In this document: positions 6,880 through 15,745 of the stretch, one piece after another
Layout of the letters: each line of letters starts with the position of its first letter
Numbering within the stretch: the stretch's first letter is position 1
NCBI GenBank assembly: GCA_035623825.1
Contig: DASPSR010000023.1
Coordinates: forward strand, 1-28,167
Origin: Nitrospirota bacterium
Lineage (GTDB): Bacteria; Nitrospirota; UBA9217
Length of the DNA: 28,167 bases
Direction: 5' to 3'
The notes under the pieces: generated by a model
The model's database searches: none
What the model saw: only the letters and a program-made list of their open reading frames with translations
What the model was told of the DNA's origin: nothing
Program-made: the position numbers and the translations under genes

Positions 6880-8802
6880 CTACTCATCGAACTTGATGAT
6901 TTTTCTGTTTTTCATGATATGGGCTTCTATCTCGTCCGCTGCCTTCACAGGATCTTCCTCGCAGAACAATCTGCCGCCGGTCACATTGACCAGATCTTGT
7001 GTCAAATATTGCACTACCCGTGGGCTTCCGCTTATCATCGGCTCAGGTGACACATAGGTGAGCAGGCCGTAGGAAAGAGCGGTGAAGATGTCGGCAATCG
7101 CCTTCTGCTCCATGTATTCGGGTACGGCCGCTGCAACGGGCAACTCGCTCGAATCGCAGCCAATCGTCCAGCACAGGGCAGCCACGGTATCGAGGATTTT
7201 CCCCACGTCGGTGCATGAACCGTAGGAGACGATAGGCGGCACATCATATTTTTCACAGATCGACCTCAGTTCCGGCCCTGCGTGTTTCGCCATCTCCTTT
7301 GTCGAAAGGCCGAGATTCTGGTGGGTTGAGGAACAGCATCCCGCGCCGATAACCATGATATTCCGTTTGATTAATTCCATTGTCAGCTTGTGGATCGCGT
7401 TTCCTCCCTGTCCATGGCGGACGGTAGTGCAGCCCGCGACAGCCACCGCGCCCTTTATGTTTCCCTTTTTCATCTCCTCGATATAGCTGTAGATGCTGTT
7501 GCCGAACATCTTGAGCACCGTCTCGGTGGTATATCCTGCGATGCAGTTGGTCTTTGTCTCGTGTGAGGGTAGGTTGACGATCCTCTTGCTGCCATTCCCG
7601 CGCCTCGACCTAAACTGTTCGATTGCGGTCTCTACCACCTGCGTCGCCTGTTTGTCTGCGATCTCGGGATCGAAATCAAGCGTGTCGACGTCGGGGAAGC
7701 GTACCACGGGGTCCGTACTGATCAGCTTCGTGCCGTATTTGTCGGCAAAGGTCTTCAATGTCGGTACCGAACAGTTCATATCCATCAGAAAGAGATCGAC
7801 CACGCCGGTAGCGATAAAGAGCTCTTCCTGAATCCAATTGCCCAACTGCCCGCCGAAGACATTTGCGTATTCACCACGGCCGGACACGTTCATGAGCTGC
7901 TGTCCCTCGCAAAGAGAGCCGTAGAGCTTTATGCCCTTTGCGCCAGCCTTTTTGGCCTGGGACTGGTAGCGTTCGCTGCCGGCCTTCTCCATGATAAGGC
8001 TTGCAAACAGCGGCTGATGGCCGTTGGCGATGATATTCACCGTTTCCGGATCGAGACAGGCGATGTTATTTTGTCCCGGGACAAGGTCTGCGGTCCCCAT
8101 AATGATGTCTTGCATGACGGTGATTCCCCAAAGCGCAACGTACTCGTTTGCGTTGCCGAGTCTCAGCGCGGTCTTGAGCAGGTCGATCGGATCGTTGCTC
8201 ACATTGGTCATGCACTTTGTCAGCGCTGTAAGTATCTCTGAACTCGTCCCACCGGGGTAAAGCCCCTCTTTTTTCCAGACTTCCTTCCTTCTGTCGAGCG
8301 CAAAAAGGTCCATGAGCTTGAGAGGATCATTGACCGGCTTGGCGATTTCATTGAGGATAAAGTCGGCAAAGATGACGGCGAGTTCGTTTGCCGGTTTCGT
8401 GTGGTCGATCCCAAGGCCTTGACACATACGCTGGAGTTTTACCTCGTCCTTTATCCGGAGAGGTGACCTTCCCTCGCCGATCGCCTTTAACGTGTTGGCG
8501 AGATTACGACACTGGTACGTGTTTGCGGCAGTGCCGATGATCGCCAATTGAAGCAGATTCCGTGCGACGATCAGGTCGCCTGTGGCGCCGCAGACGCCCA
8601 GAGGCGCCTTCGCGCTGATTCTGCAAGGGCCGTCGGAACAAAGCTGACAGCTCAATCCCTTCCTGCAGTGACCGCACTGCGGCTGCTGCGCCTCGAAGCG
8701 CTCAAATACCGTGCTCATGCCCTGAGAGAGTGCAGCCATATGCACTTCATGGCTCTGCACATCTTGATGTCTTCCGTTTACGAGCGGTTTATTTTTTGTC
8801 AT
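6880..8802 (-). CDS. cooS: Anaerobic CO dehydrogenase catalytic subunit-like protein (CODH/HCP superfamily), divergent
   Basis: QPQCGHC...CQLCSDGPC...GVCGA (D and B clusters); NGHQP, LCEGQQ, DMNCS, AGCTT, AGCCS and GSCTD (C-cluster ligand positions); EYMEQKA. ATG at 8802 follows AAGGGGGG. Confidence 0.9.
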   Translation of the reverse strand: MTKNKPLVNGRHQDVQSHEVHMAALSQGMSTVFERFEAQQPQCGHCRKGLSCQLCSDGPCRISAKAPLGVCGATGDLIVARNLLQLAIIGTAANTYQCRNLANTLKAIGEGRSPLRIKDEVKLQRMCQGLGIDHTKPANELAVIFADFILNEIAKPVNDPLKLMDLFALDRRKEVWKKEGLYPGGTSSEILTALTKCMTNVSNDPIDLLKTALRLGNANEYVALWGITVMQDIIMGTADLVPGQNNIACLDPETVNIIANGHQPLFASLIMEKAGSERYQSQAKKAGAKGIKLYGSLCEGQQLMNVSGRGEYANVFGGQLGNWIQEELFIATGVVDLFLMDMNCSVPTLKTFADKYGTKLISTDPVVRFPDVDTLDFDPEIADKQATQVVETAIEQFRSRRGNGSKRIVNLPSHETKTNCIAGYTTETVLKMFGNSIYSYIEEMKKGNIKGAVAVAGCTTVRHGQGGNAIHKLTMELIKRNIMVIGAGCCSSTHQNLGLSTKEMAKHAGPELRSICEKYDVPPIVSYGSCTDVGKILDTVAALCWTIGCDSSELPVAAAVPEYMEQKAIADIFTALSYGLLTYVSPEPMISGSPRVVQYLTQDLVNVTGGRLFCEEDPVKAADEIEAHIMKNRKIIKFDE

Positions 8803-8824
8803 ACCCTTACCCCCCTTTAGTCGC

Positions 8825-8868
8825 ATGATAACAGGGAGAGACCGGTATCTTTATGATATAAATCATAA
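8825..8868 (-). promoter_or_regulatory. CRP/FNR-family-type binding site centred at about -41.5 plus extended -10 of cooS
   Basis: Perfect inverted repeat TTATGAT-N4-ATCATAA at 8851-8868 and TGT-TATCAT extended -10 (hexamer 8825-8830), giving class II activator geometry. Confidence 0.7.
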
Positions 8869-9612
8869 GCGTCTGGAGAATAAAGCGCAGAGAGCCATCT
8901 CATTCACTCGGTAAGAATGGAAAATGGCGAACTCCTCGGCGGAGACAATGAGGCACGTCCAGCAGACCACCAAATATACGCAGTCCCTGACCTTTAAGCT
9001 GAGATGTCCCTTCTCTACGAGCTCGGCTTCGAGGCCCACTATAGAGTGGCTCGGCGAGAGCAGGCAGAAGCAGCACGGCCAAAATAAATGCAGGGGGTAT
9101 AAGCCATGATCTCCAAGCCTGTGTTGAGACGAATGAAATTTTCGGTTAAATGAATGCTGAGAGCGGAATTACCTAAGTGGAAAAAGCCACGAAGTCCACG
9201 AGCGGATAGTGGCTGATACAGTGAATTGCCTTAAACTGCTATCGACCCTACAGATTTTTTACCTGATGTTTTGCTAATAGGTAAAATAGGGGTTTGAAGA
9301 TACGATAAGGGATTTGATAATATTTATCCAATTGCTCTTTTGGCATAGGGAGGAGCCACACGGTTGACAAAATCATTAAATAATCCTTAAATTTTTAGAT
9401 ACTCGTTATGTGCTGGCAAACGCTGACCCATGTGCAGCAAATCCCAGTGACGGCATGCGCCAATGGAAGCATGATACATACCGTTGATTGACGGTCCGAT
9501 GGCGAGGCGAGCTGTTGAGTGATTTTCGATACCAGGAATGCCGTCTGCTTGATAATTCTTGCTTTAGCCGCGGTAAAACGCCACACAAAAAACTTGCACT
9601 TTTGTTTTACTG

Positions 9613-9804
9613 TTACTTTACGGCGACTAATGAAATGTCCAATTTTTTCTCAACCTGTTTTATCTGAGAAAGTTCATCGTCTTTCAATTGTACTATCTTT
9701 ATGTCTTTACACGAGAATGCGATTAAGGTCTTTCCTAACTTTTTTTCCAGAGACTGGATATCTGCTAGGCTTTCCTTTTTTAGTTGCGCTAACGTGCATA
9801 ACAT
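9613..9804 (-). CDS. Small hypothetical protein with two internal repeats
   Basis: Strong RBS (AGAGGAGG) and its own promoter. Two ~30-aa units: AQLKKESLADIQSLEKKLGKTLIAF and VQLKDDELSQIKQVEKKLDISLVAV. Confidence 0.75.
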   Translation of the reverse strand: MLCTLAQLKKESLADIQSLEKKLGKTLIAFSCKDIKIVQLKDDELSQIKQVEKKLDISLVAVK

Positions 9805-9835
9805 GTCTTGCCTCCTCTGTAAGTTTTATAAGATC

Positions 9836-9864
9836 AAGATAAGCCAGAAATCCTGCAATGTCAA
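9836..9864 (-). promoter_or_regulatory. Putative sigma70 promoter of the small repeat protein
   Basis: TTGACA-N17-TATCTT on the minus strand. Confidence 0.55.
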
Positions 9865-10059
9865 GCGTCCTCCTGTTATTTGCAAACCCCAAGCAGAAAT
9901 GCCGTGTTCATACCAAAGTAGAAATGAGAATTATATAATGGGCACCTTCGAGCGTTTTTTATCTGATGAAATACAAAATGACATCTGAGCTAGAAAACGT
10001 TTCTCACAAGCGTTAAGCTGATTATAACAAACTGCAAAAGTAGCTCGCTGCCATAGGAT

Positions 10060-10632
10060 TTATGAGCGTGCAAGTTGATTTGCGAAGCTGCGAGCTTTGA
10101 ACGCCAGAATCACAAGAACTACGCCGAAGATGAAGGCATATGTCCCAATCAGCCAAAGTACGGCGAGAGCGCCCGTGACCGGCTGCGCCATGAGGAGGAC
10201 GCCAAACACGACCGATGCCAGGCCGCCGAGAATGAGCAGCCACTCATTCTTTATCACCCTCCGCAGGAGGATCGCTGCCACGATCTCGAGAACGCCCGTG
10301 GCAATCGCCCAGATTGAGATGTAGAACAGGAGTGCCAGCGCAGTGACACCGGGCACCACGAAAGTCATGATTCCGACGCCAATGCCGATGAGTCCCCACA
10401 GGAGCAGCACCCATCGGTGCTCGTGCTCCCCCTGTCCTGCAACGGCAGTCCAAACCCCGAGAATGCCGTCCGTCAGCGCATAGATGCCGAAGAGCAGCAC
10501 CAGCGCCGCAAGCGAGATCCCAGGTTGCACCCAAGCCAAGACGCCGAATATGATCGCGATGATGCCACGCAGAAGTAGCACCCACCAATTGCGGGAAAGA
10601 ATAGTGGCCAGTTGCTTCTCTACAATGTTCAT
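10060..10632 (-). CDS. hdeD: HdeD family (DUF308) membrane protein
   Basis: NWWVLLLRGIIAIIFGVLAWVQP, two DUF308 repeats and about six TM helices; AAGGAGG RBS. Confidence 0.88.
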   Translation of the reverse strand: MNIVEKQLATILSRNWWVLLLRGIIAIIFGVLAWVQPGISLAALVLLFGIYALTDGILGVWTAVAGQGEHEHRWVLLLWGLIGIGVGIMTFVVPGVTALALLFYISIWAIATGVLEIVAAILLRRVIKNEWLLILGGLASVVFGVLLMAQPVTGALAVLWLIGTYAFIFGVVLVILAFKARSFANQLARS

Positions 10633-10884
10633 GATTGATCTCCTCCTTTCGTTTGATGGCCAAGAGTCAGTTATTCGACGAACTCATACGCCGCGAAGCA
10701 ATCGGAGCGGGAACAACAGGCTAAATGCTGGATATGCATGGATTTTATAATGTGATTTCTAGATCTAAAAGTTGTTCGGCGAATTTAGTTTTTATTTTAA
10801 CAGAAAAAAGTAAATTTCGATGGGCCTTTTTTAGGGTGGTATTGCAGGAAATGACTAAAGTAGCAGGCGTAATAAAAATCAAAT

Positions 10885-10913
10885 TTGACATGAAAGGCAC
10901 GCTCAATTATCCT
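10885..10913 (+). promoter_or_regulatory. Orphan plus-strand sigma70-like promoter
   Basis: TTGACA-N17-TATCCT, followed by hairpins and no credible ORF. Confidence 0.4.
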
Positions 10914-11135
10914 TGAGCCATAAGGCCCACCTCTGGGGTGGATTTGAACCTCTCTTCGGGCTTCCGAAGGTCATCTATGCAGCTTCAGCATATTTCTGCG
11001 ATGTACAGTACTTGCGATAACAAACATACTAACGTGCATTGAGGACCAGGTCGATAGGCTGCATATTTCTGGTTGCAACATGTGAACGACCTAAATCAAT
11101 CTATGCTTGCGATGTTGACTTCTCGGAACAATCGA

Positions 11136-11765
11136 TTAGTTCTTATTTTGCTGCACAAGATAAACTCCAGACCGGACATCATTACTAAAATCATGAGCGA
11201 AGTTTATGATCATATTATCGATAATAGAACTTGCAACGCTAGGCGGCCAATTAAATGGTGTCAAGAACACAAGAAGCAATTGGATCCATGAGTCCATGTG
11301 GTCTGTATAAGTGTATGTCTTAAGCACATGGTCGTTCTGTTTCACATCTACTGTCATGATGAAAATGTCTCGGCCGTAAGCTGGGATGACACCAAGCGTC
11401 AAACCTGAGATAAAACCATTCAAGAACGCAATAACCTCGGGAGGCCTCCCCTCATTGTGAAAGACAAAGGAGTAATGGTAGTCTCCCTGTGCTGAACCCG
11501 ATTTCAATTCAGCAAACAGAGGACCTGCGGACAATACCTTTTGTATCTCTTTATCGAGCTTCGAAGCGGCAATTGAATTCTCACCATGAGGTCCGAATGC
11601 TTTAACGTCGTACGAAGCAAATATCTTTTTTTCGGGATTCAACAACTGTTCATTGGTATGGGTTGGGAGTTCCCTTCCCGCGAAACTAGCGCACCCCGAT
11701 GCCATGAATGCCGCAGACAGACTTATCAATAAAATCTGGCCGATCCTGCCTCTATTCAGTTGCAT
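11136..11765 (-). CDS. Hypothetical lipoprotein
   Basis: Signal peptide with lipobox ASG-C25 and GGAG RBS; internal GFISGLTLGVIP motif. Confidence 0.75.
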   Translation of the reverse strand: MQLNRGRIGQILLISLSAAFMASGCASFAGRELPTHTNEQLLNPEKKIFASYDVKAFGPHGENSIAASKLDKEIQKVLSAGPLFAELKSGSAQGDYHYSFVFHNEGRPPEVIAFLNGFISGLTLGVIPAYGRDIFIMTVDVKQNDHVLKTYTYTDHMDSWIQLLLVFLTPFNWPPSVASSIIDNMIINFAHDFSNDVRSGVYLVQQNKN

Positions 11766-11949
11766 TTACACTCCAGATAGAGGTAAAATGTGAGGATAAT
11801 AGGCTCAGTACGCGTTGACAGTTACAAGAATGATTTGCCTTAAAGTTTCAATCCGCCTTATGGTTACCAATGTTTCGATCTTCCTCAGCCCACCTACAAA
11901 CATGATCAGCCGCAATCTGATTTCTGCGAATTCTCAAATGAAAGTTCTG

Positions 11950-12486
11950 CTAATATAATGGAAGCGCCTCAGCACCGCTTTCCTGTATGATGAGAATCAG
12001 GTCCGCTCTCCGGAACTGAGCCTTTCCGGACAGCATCTTCAAAAAGGCTACAAATACCTCACCAACAAATTCGATCATCTCGAGGTTCGCACGCCAGAAT
12101 TTCACCGCTGATTCGCCGATCCGTCCCAGATTTGTGCTTGGGGCCTTTTCCCTTCGTTCTCCTGTTCTTTCCGGCACCACAGATGCAAGGGAAAGGAGCC
12201 TCTGCACGCCCTCGGGCAGTCCCTTTTGATCGACTCCAATATTGTGAATTGAGCTCTGTTTGATGACATGAATCAAATAGGTCAAAAGCCCGCTGTCCCA
12301 ACTGCGGAGTTCTTTAGTGTCAAAGGCTACATGCTGAAGATATGGATCTTCTTTTATATGTTCCTCGACATCGATTGCAGATGGAAGGTCATTTTCAATA
12401 TGCCAATCCCCTGAGAGATGCACGAGAAGCACTTTATCAGCAGTTTTGCTGAATTTTAATTCCCATTTTCCAGTCTTTTGTTCCAT
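11950..12486 (-). pseudogene. mlaE: Truncated MlaE-family ABC permease (N-terminal STAS-like domain only)
   Basis: LSGDW...FDTKELRSWDSGLL...LPEGVQRLLSLA...FVGE...IQESGAEALP, then a stop exactly where the transmembrane MlaE domain should begin. I found no recognisable continuation downstream. Confidence 0.8.
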
Positions 12487-12653
12487 TAAGGAGTCTCATT
12501 CACTATTGTTCCGCGCCTGCTGAGAGAGTTGCGCTTATCAGGTCCAAGGCTTGAAGACCTGAAGTACATAATCATGTTTTTACACTGGAAGTGATGGCAT
12601 TCTTCCTTGCTCGCAGAGGAGACAGAATCAGAGTCGTCGCTTTTATTTCTCGC

Positions 12654-13250
12654 TCACCGTTTTCCGTAATCTGTGAAGACGTAGTCTCGCGCCTTTACGA
12701 TCGTATGGCATGCGAATCCGCACTTGGCGTCGTTCCCCTGCGGCGGCATGTCGGCCATGGTGCCGGGCGTGAAGGTCCCGGACGCGGCGTCATACTTGAA
12801 CACGGCCCATCCCCATCCGCCGCTGTCCGCGAACCTCTTGCTGTCCTTCACCATGAAGTCGACGTCATGCAGCGCGCCCGGCACCGTCGCGGCGGGGAAT
12901 GTCTCCATCTTTTTCGGGTCCCAATGGATCTTCGCCATCTTGGAGCCGTCAGGGAACGGCTTGCCGTTGCCGGGAACGCCGGCCCGGTAGGCGTCGATCA
13001 TCACGGGGTTGGCGAGGATCGCAGCAAACAAGGGTCCATCCTCGCTGATGGAGACAAGGTGCCAGTCTTCGTATCCCCTGAACTCAGAGAATGCAAGCCC
13101 ATTCGGCACTTGCACAGTGTACTTGTCCTGCCCGGCAAGGACCATGCTTCCCAAGAAAGCGAGCAATACCACGATGATCACAATCGCCGAGATGCTTTTG
13201 ATTTTCATCTTCGATGCCGTTCCTGCAGAATCTTCATTCCGTGCTTTCAT
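12654..13250 (-). CDS. Cytochrome P460 family protein (exported)
   Basis: FSEFRGYEDW, ILANP, FPDGSKMAKIHW, DFMVKDSKRF..SGGWGWAVF, and C-terminal heme motif CGFACH followed by DYVFT. N-terminal hydrophobic signal; GGGAGG RBS. Confidence 0.88.
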   Translation of the reverse strand: MKARNEDSAGTASKMKIKSISAIVIIVVLLAFLGSMVLAGQDKYTVQVPNGLAFSEFRGYEDWHLVSISEDGPLFAAILANPVMIDAYRAGVPGNGKPFPDGSKMAKIHWDPKKMETFPAATVPGALHDVDFMVKDSKRFADSGGWGWAVFKYDAASGTFTPGTMADMPPQGNDAKCGFACHTIVKARDYVFTDYGKR

Positions 13251-13527
13251 GATTGACCTCCCAATTATGAGACGAGTTCTCCGTTCCGCATTAGAATATT
13301 GTCCCGCATCACCGCTTCAATTTATCAAAGTTACAATCCCTCCACCATTTTCATCTCAAAGCATAAGACATCACCTCCTTCACTCATCGGGCATCTACAC
13401 ACGAGCTCCTGGATCTTCGCCAGTTGCGAGCTTGACCGATCAGTGACAGTTTCCCGGTCGGGCCAGCGTGTCGCCTTGCGAACAACAGCAATAACATTGG
13501 AAGTAGATGAGGTTGCGATGCGCACGC

Positions 13528-13679
13528 TCAACCCGTCTCCGTGGCGCACGCAGATCTCGCCGTTAATGCCGCAGGAACGGATATCTTCCCCTTGTAGACG
13601 ATGCGCGCGTCTGGCAAGGTCTCGATCGAAGTCCCGATTGCACTGACGATCATCGCGGCGAAGCAAGGCTTGCTTTCAT
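13528..13679 (-). pseudogene. Probable relic of an exported-protein gene
   Basis: GGAGG RBS plus ATG 18 bp after the hydrolase stop. MKASLA continues after a frameshift as AAMIVSAIGTSIETLPDARIVYKGKI, which is signal-like, and then degenerates. Confidence 0.3.
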
Positions 13680-13697
13680 TATGAATGCCTCCGATAT

Positions 13698-14528
13698 TTA
13701 GTGCGGAGCCTTCGCCGCCGCTTCCATGATGACCGCGGCCACAGCCTTCGGATGCGAAAGCATTGATACGTGGCTCGCCTTCAATTCCGTAGTTGCCGCC
13801 TTCATGCGCTTCGCGAAGAAGCGTTCTTCATCAGGCGCGATCGCTCCGTCGAGCGTGGATACGATGTACCACGACGGCTTCGTCTTCCACGCGACGCCGG
13901 ACACCGTGGCTCCAAAGGCCGAGACGGCAATCGGACCCTGCGTGGCCGCGACCACGCGCGCTTCAGCTGCCGGCAGGTCCGACGCAAAGTGCTTCACCAT
14001 CGCATCCGTAGGCAGGCGCATAAAGCCCTCCTTGTCGACGATCGGCGCCGCGAGCGCGGGGGGAGGCGGATATGCCTTCCCCAGTTCGCCGACCGCCTCG
14101 CCTTGATCCGGTCCGAAGGCCGCGACGTAGACCAAGCCGACAACCTTGGGATCCATACCCGCTTCGGTGATCACGACGCCTGCCCACGAATGGCCTACCA
14201 GGATCACGGGACCATCCTGCTGAGCCAACGCGCGCTGGGTCGCCGCGACGTCGTCTGCAAGCGAGGTCAGGGGATTCTGCACAGCCGTGACGTTGTAACC
14301 CTTGTCCTGCAGAATCCTGATCACCTTGGCCCAGCTTGAGCCATCGGCGAAGGCGCCGTGCACAAGGACAATGTTCTTGATTGGCTGCGCAGGCGCAGCG
14401 CCGACGGCTGCGGCGCAAACCGACAATGCGATCGAGACTACTGCAGCCACCCAAATCCGTACAGCATGGAAGAATCTAGCGCCGACGTGGCAACGACTAC
14501 CCTGTTCACTCCGTGGAATGATCTTCAT
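13698..14528 (-). CDS. Exported alpha/beta hydrolase (Ser nucleophile)
   Basis: VLVHGAFADGSSW, GHSWAG, D(GAI) and SH(VS) catalytic positions; signal peptide ending around AVGA. Confidence 0.9.
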   Translation of the reverse strand: MKIIPRSEQGSRCHVGARFFHAVRIWVAAVVSIALSVCAAAVGAAPAQPIKNIVLVHGAFADGSSWAKVIRILQDKGYNVTAVQNPLTSLADDVAATQRALAQQDGPVILVGHSWAGVVITEAGMDPKVVGLVYVAAFGPDQGEAVGELGKAYPPPPALAAPIVDKEGFMRLPTDAMVKHFASDLPAAEARVVAATQGPIAVSAFGATVSGVAWKTKPSWYIVSTLDGAIAPDEERFFAKRMKAATTELKASHVSMLSHPKAVAAVIMEAAAKAPH

Positions 14529-14672
14529 GAAACTGACCCCCTTCCTTTGATGGATCTCGCTGAGTCCTCCCGCCTCTCAGTCACGTCCGAGAACGCGCGA
14601 GGAGTCGCGGACAAACCAAATCCTCCTGCTGACGCTGCATGACACTCATCTCGGGCGCCTCACGAAAGCCCA

Positions 14673-15725
14673 TTAATAACCGGCCACCTCGAAGATGGCG
14701 TCGGCGAATGCCTTCGGCGTCTCTTGCGGCAGATTGTGCCCAATGCCGCCCTTAATGACCCGGTGCGCATATTTACCGGAGAATTTCTTGGCATAGGAAC
14801 TCGCTTCTGGGTGTGGTGCACCATTGGCATCGCCTTCGAGAGTAATGGTTGGCACGTTGATGATCGGACCTTCGGCTAGCCGCTTTTCCAGATCGTCATA
14901 TCTTGGCTCGCCTTCAGCCAGGCCGAGCCGCCATCGGTAATTATGGATCACAATGCTGACATGATCCGGGTTGTCGAAGGCCGCTGCGCTGCGATCGAAT
15001 GTGACATCATCGAATTTCCACTTCGGCGAAGCGAGCTGCCAAATGAGCTTGGCAAAATCATGCCGGTATTTGTCGTAGCCGGCCCGGCCTCGCTCCGTGG
15101 CAAAATAAAATTGGTACCACCATTGCAACTCAGCCTGCGGTGGCAACGGTATCTTACCGGCTTCCTGGCTGCCGATCAGATAACCGCTCACGGAGACGAG
15201 CGCCTTGCAGCGCTCCGGCCAGAGCACTGCAACGATGTCGGCACTACGGGCTCCCCAATCAAAGCCGGCGAGGATCGCCTTCTCGATCTTTAGCGCATCC
15301 ATTAAATCGATCACGTCGTGCGCGAGCGCTGATGGCTGGCCATTGCGGAAGGTTTCACTTGAAAGAAATCCAGTTGTGCCATATCCGCGCAGATACGGGA
15401 CGATCACCCTGTAGCCCGACGACGCCAACAAAGGGGTGACTTCCACATAGCTGTGAATGTCATAGGGCCAGCCGTGCAGAAGAATTACCGCGGGACCATT
15501 GGTGGGACCGGATTCAGCATAGCCAACATTCAGGACGCCGGCATCGATCTGCTTCAGTGAGCCGAACGACGTGTTTGTCCCCGGCTTCATCGTTGTTGCA
15601 CCTGCCGGTTTTGCCTTGCTGGATTGCGCGTCCGCAGACCCGATTACGCCGAGCCCGGCGGCGGCGAAGGTCAAGGCGGCATTGCGCAAAAAGCGGCGAC
15701 GATCGCGGCTAATTTCTTCGGACAT
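14673..15725 (-). CDS. Tat-exported alpha/beta hydrolase, epoxide hydrolase/haloacid dehalogenase type (Asp nucleophile)
   Basis: Twin-arginine signal DRRRFL...ADA; HGWP oxyanion motif, LRGYG, GFDWG and GHNLPQE. Confidence 0.9.
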   Translation of the reverse strand: MSEEISRDRRRFLRNAALTFAAAGLGVIGSADAQSSKAKPAGATTMKPGTNTSFGSLKQIDAGVLNVGYAESGPTNGPAVILLHGWPYDIHSYVEVTPLLASSGYRVIVPYLRGYGTTGFLSSETFRNGQPSALAHDVIDLMDALKIEKAILAGFDWGARSADIVAVLWPERCKALVSVSGYLIGSQEAGKIPLPPQAELQWWYQFYFATERGRAGYDKYRHDFAKLIWQLASPKWKFDDVTFDRSAAAFDNPDHVSIVIHNYRWRLGLAEGEPRYDDLEKRLAEGPIINVPTITLEGDANGAPHPEASSYAKKFSGKYAHRVIKGGIGHNLPQETPKAFADAIFEVAGY

Positions 15726-15745
15726 TGGTGAACCTCCTGTACCTC

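Noticed and set aside
8900-9109. Short ORFs upstream of cooS
   Set aside because: No recognisable motifs or convincing RBS in any frame; at most a gene relic.
10925-10965. tRNA fragment (GGTTCAAATCC on the minus strand) or 6S RNA
   Set aside because: There is no cloverleaf, D-arm or acceptor stem, and no 6S-like long rod with a central bubble.
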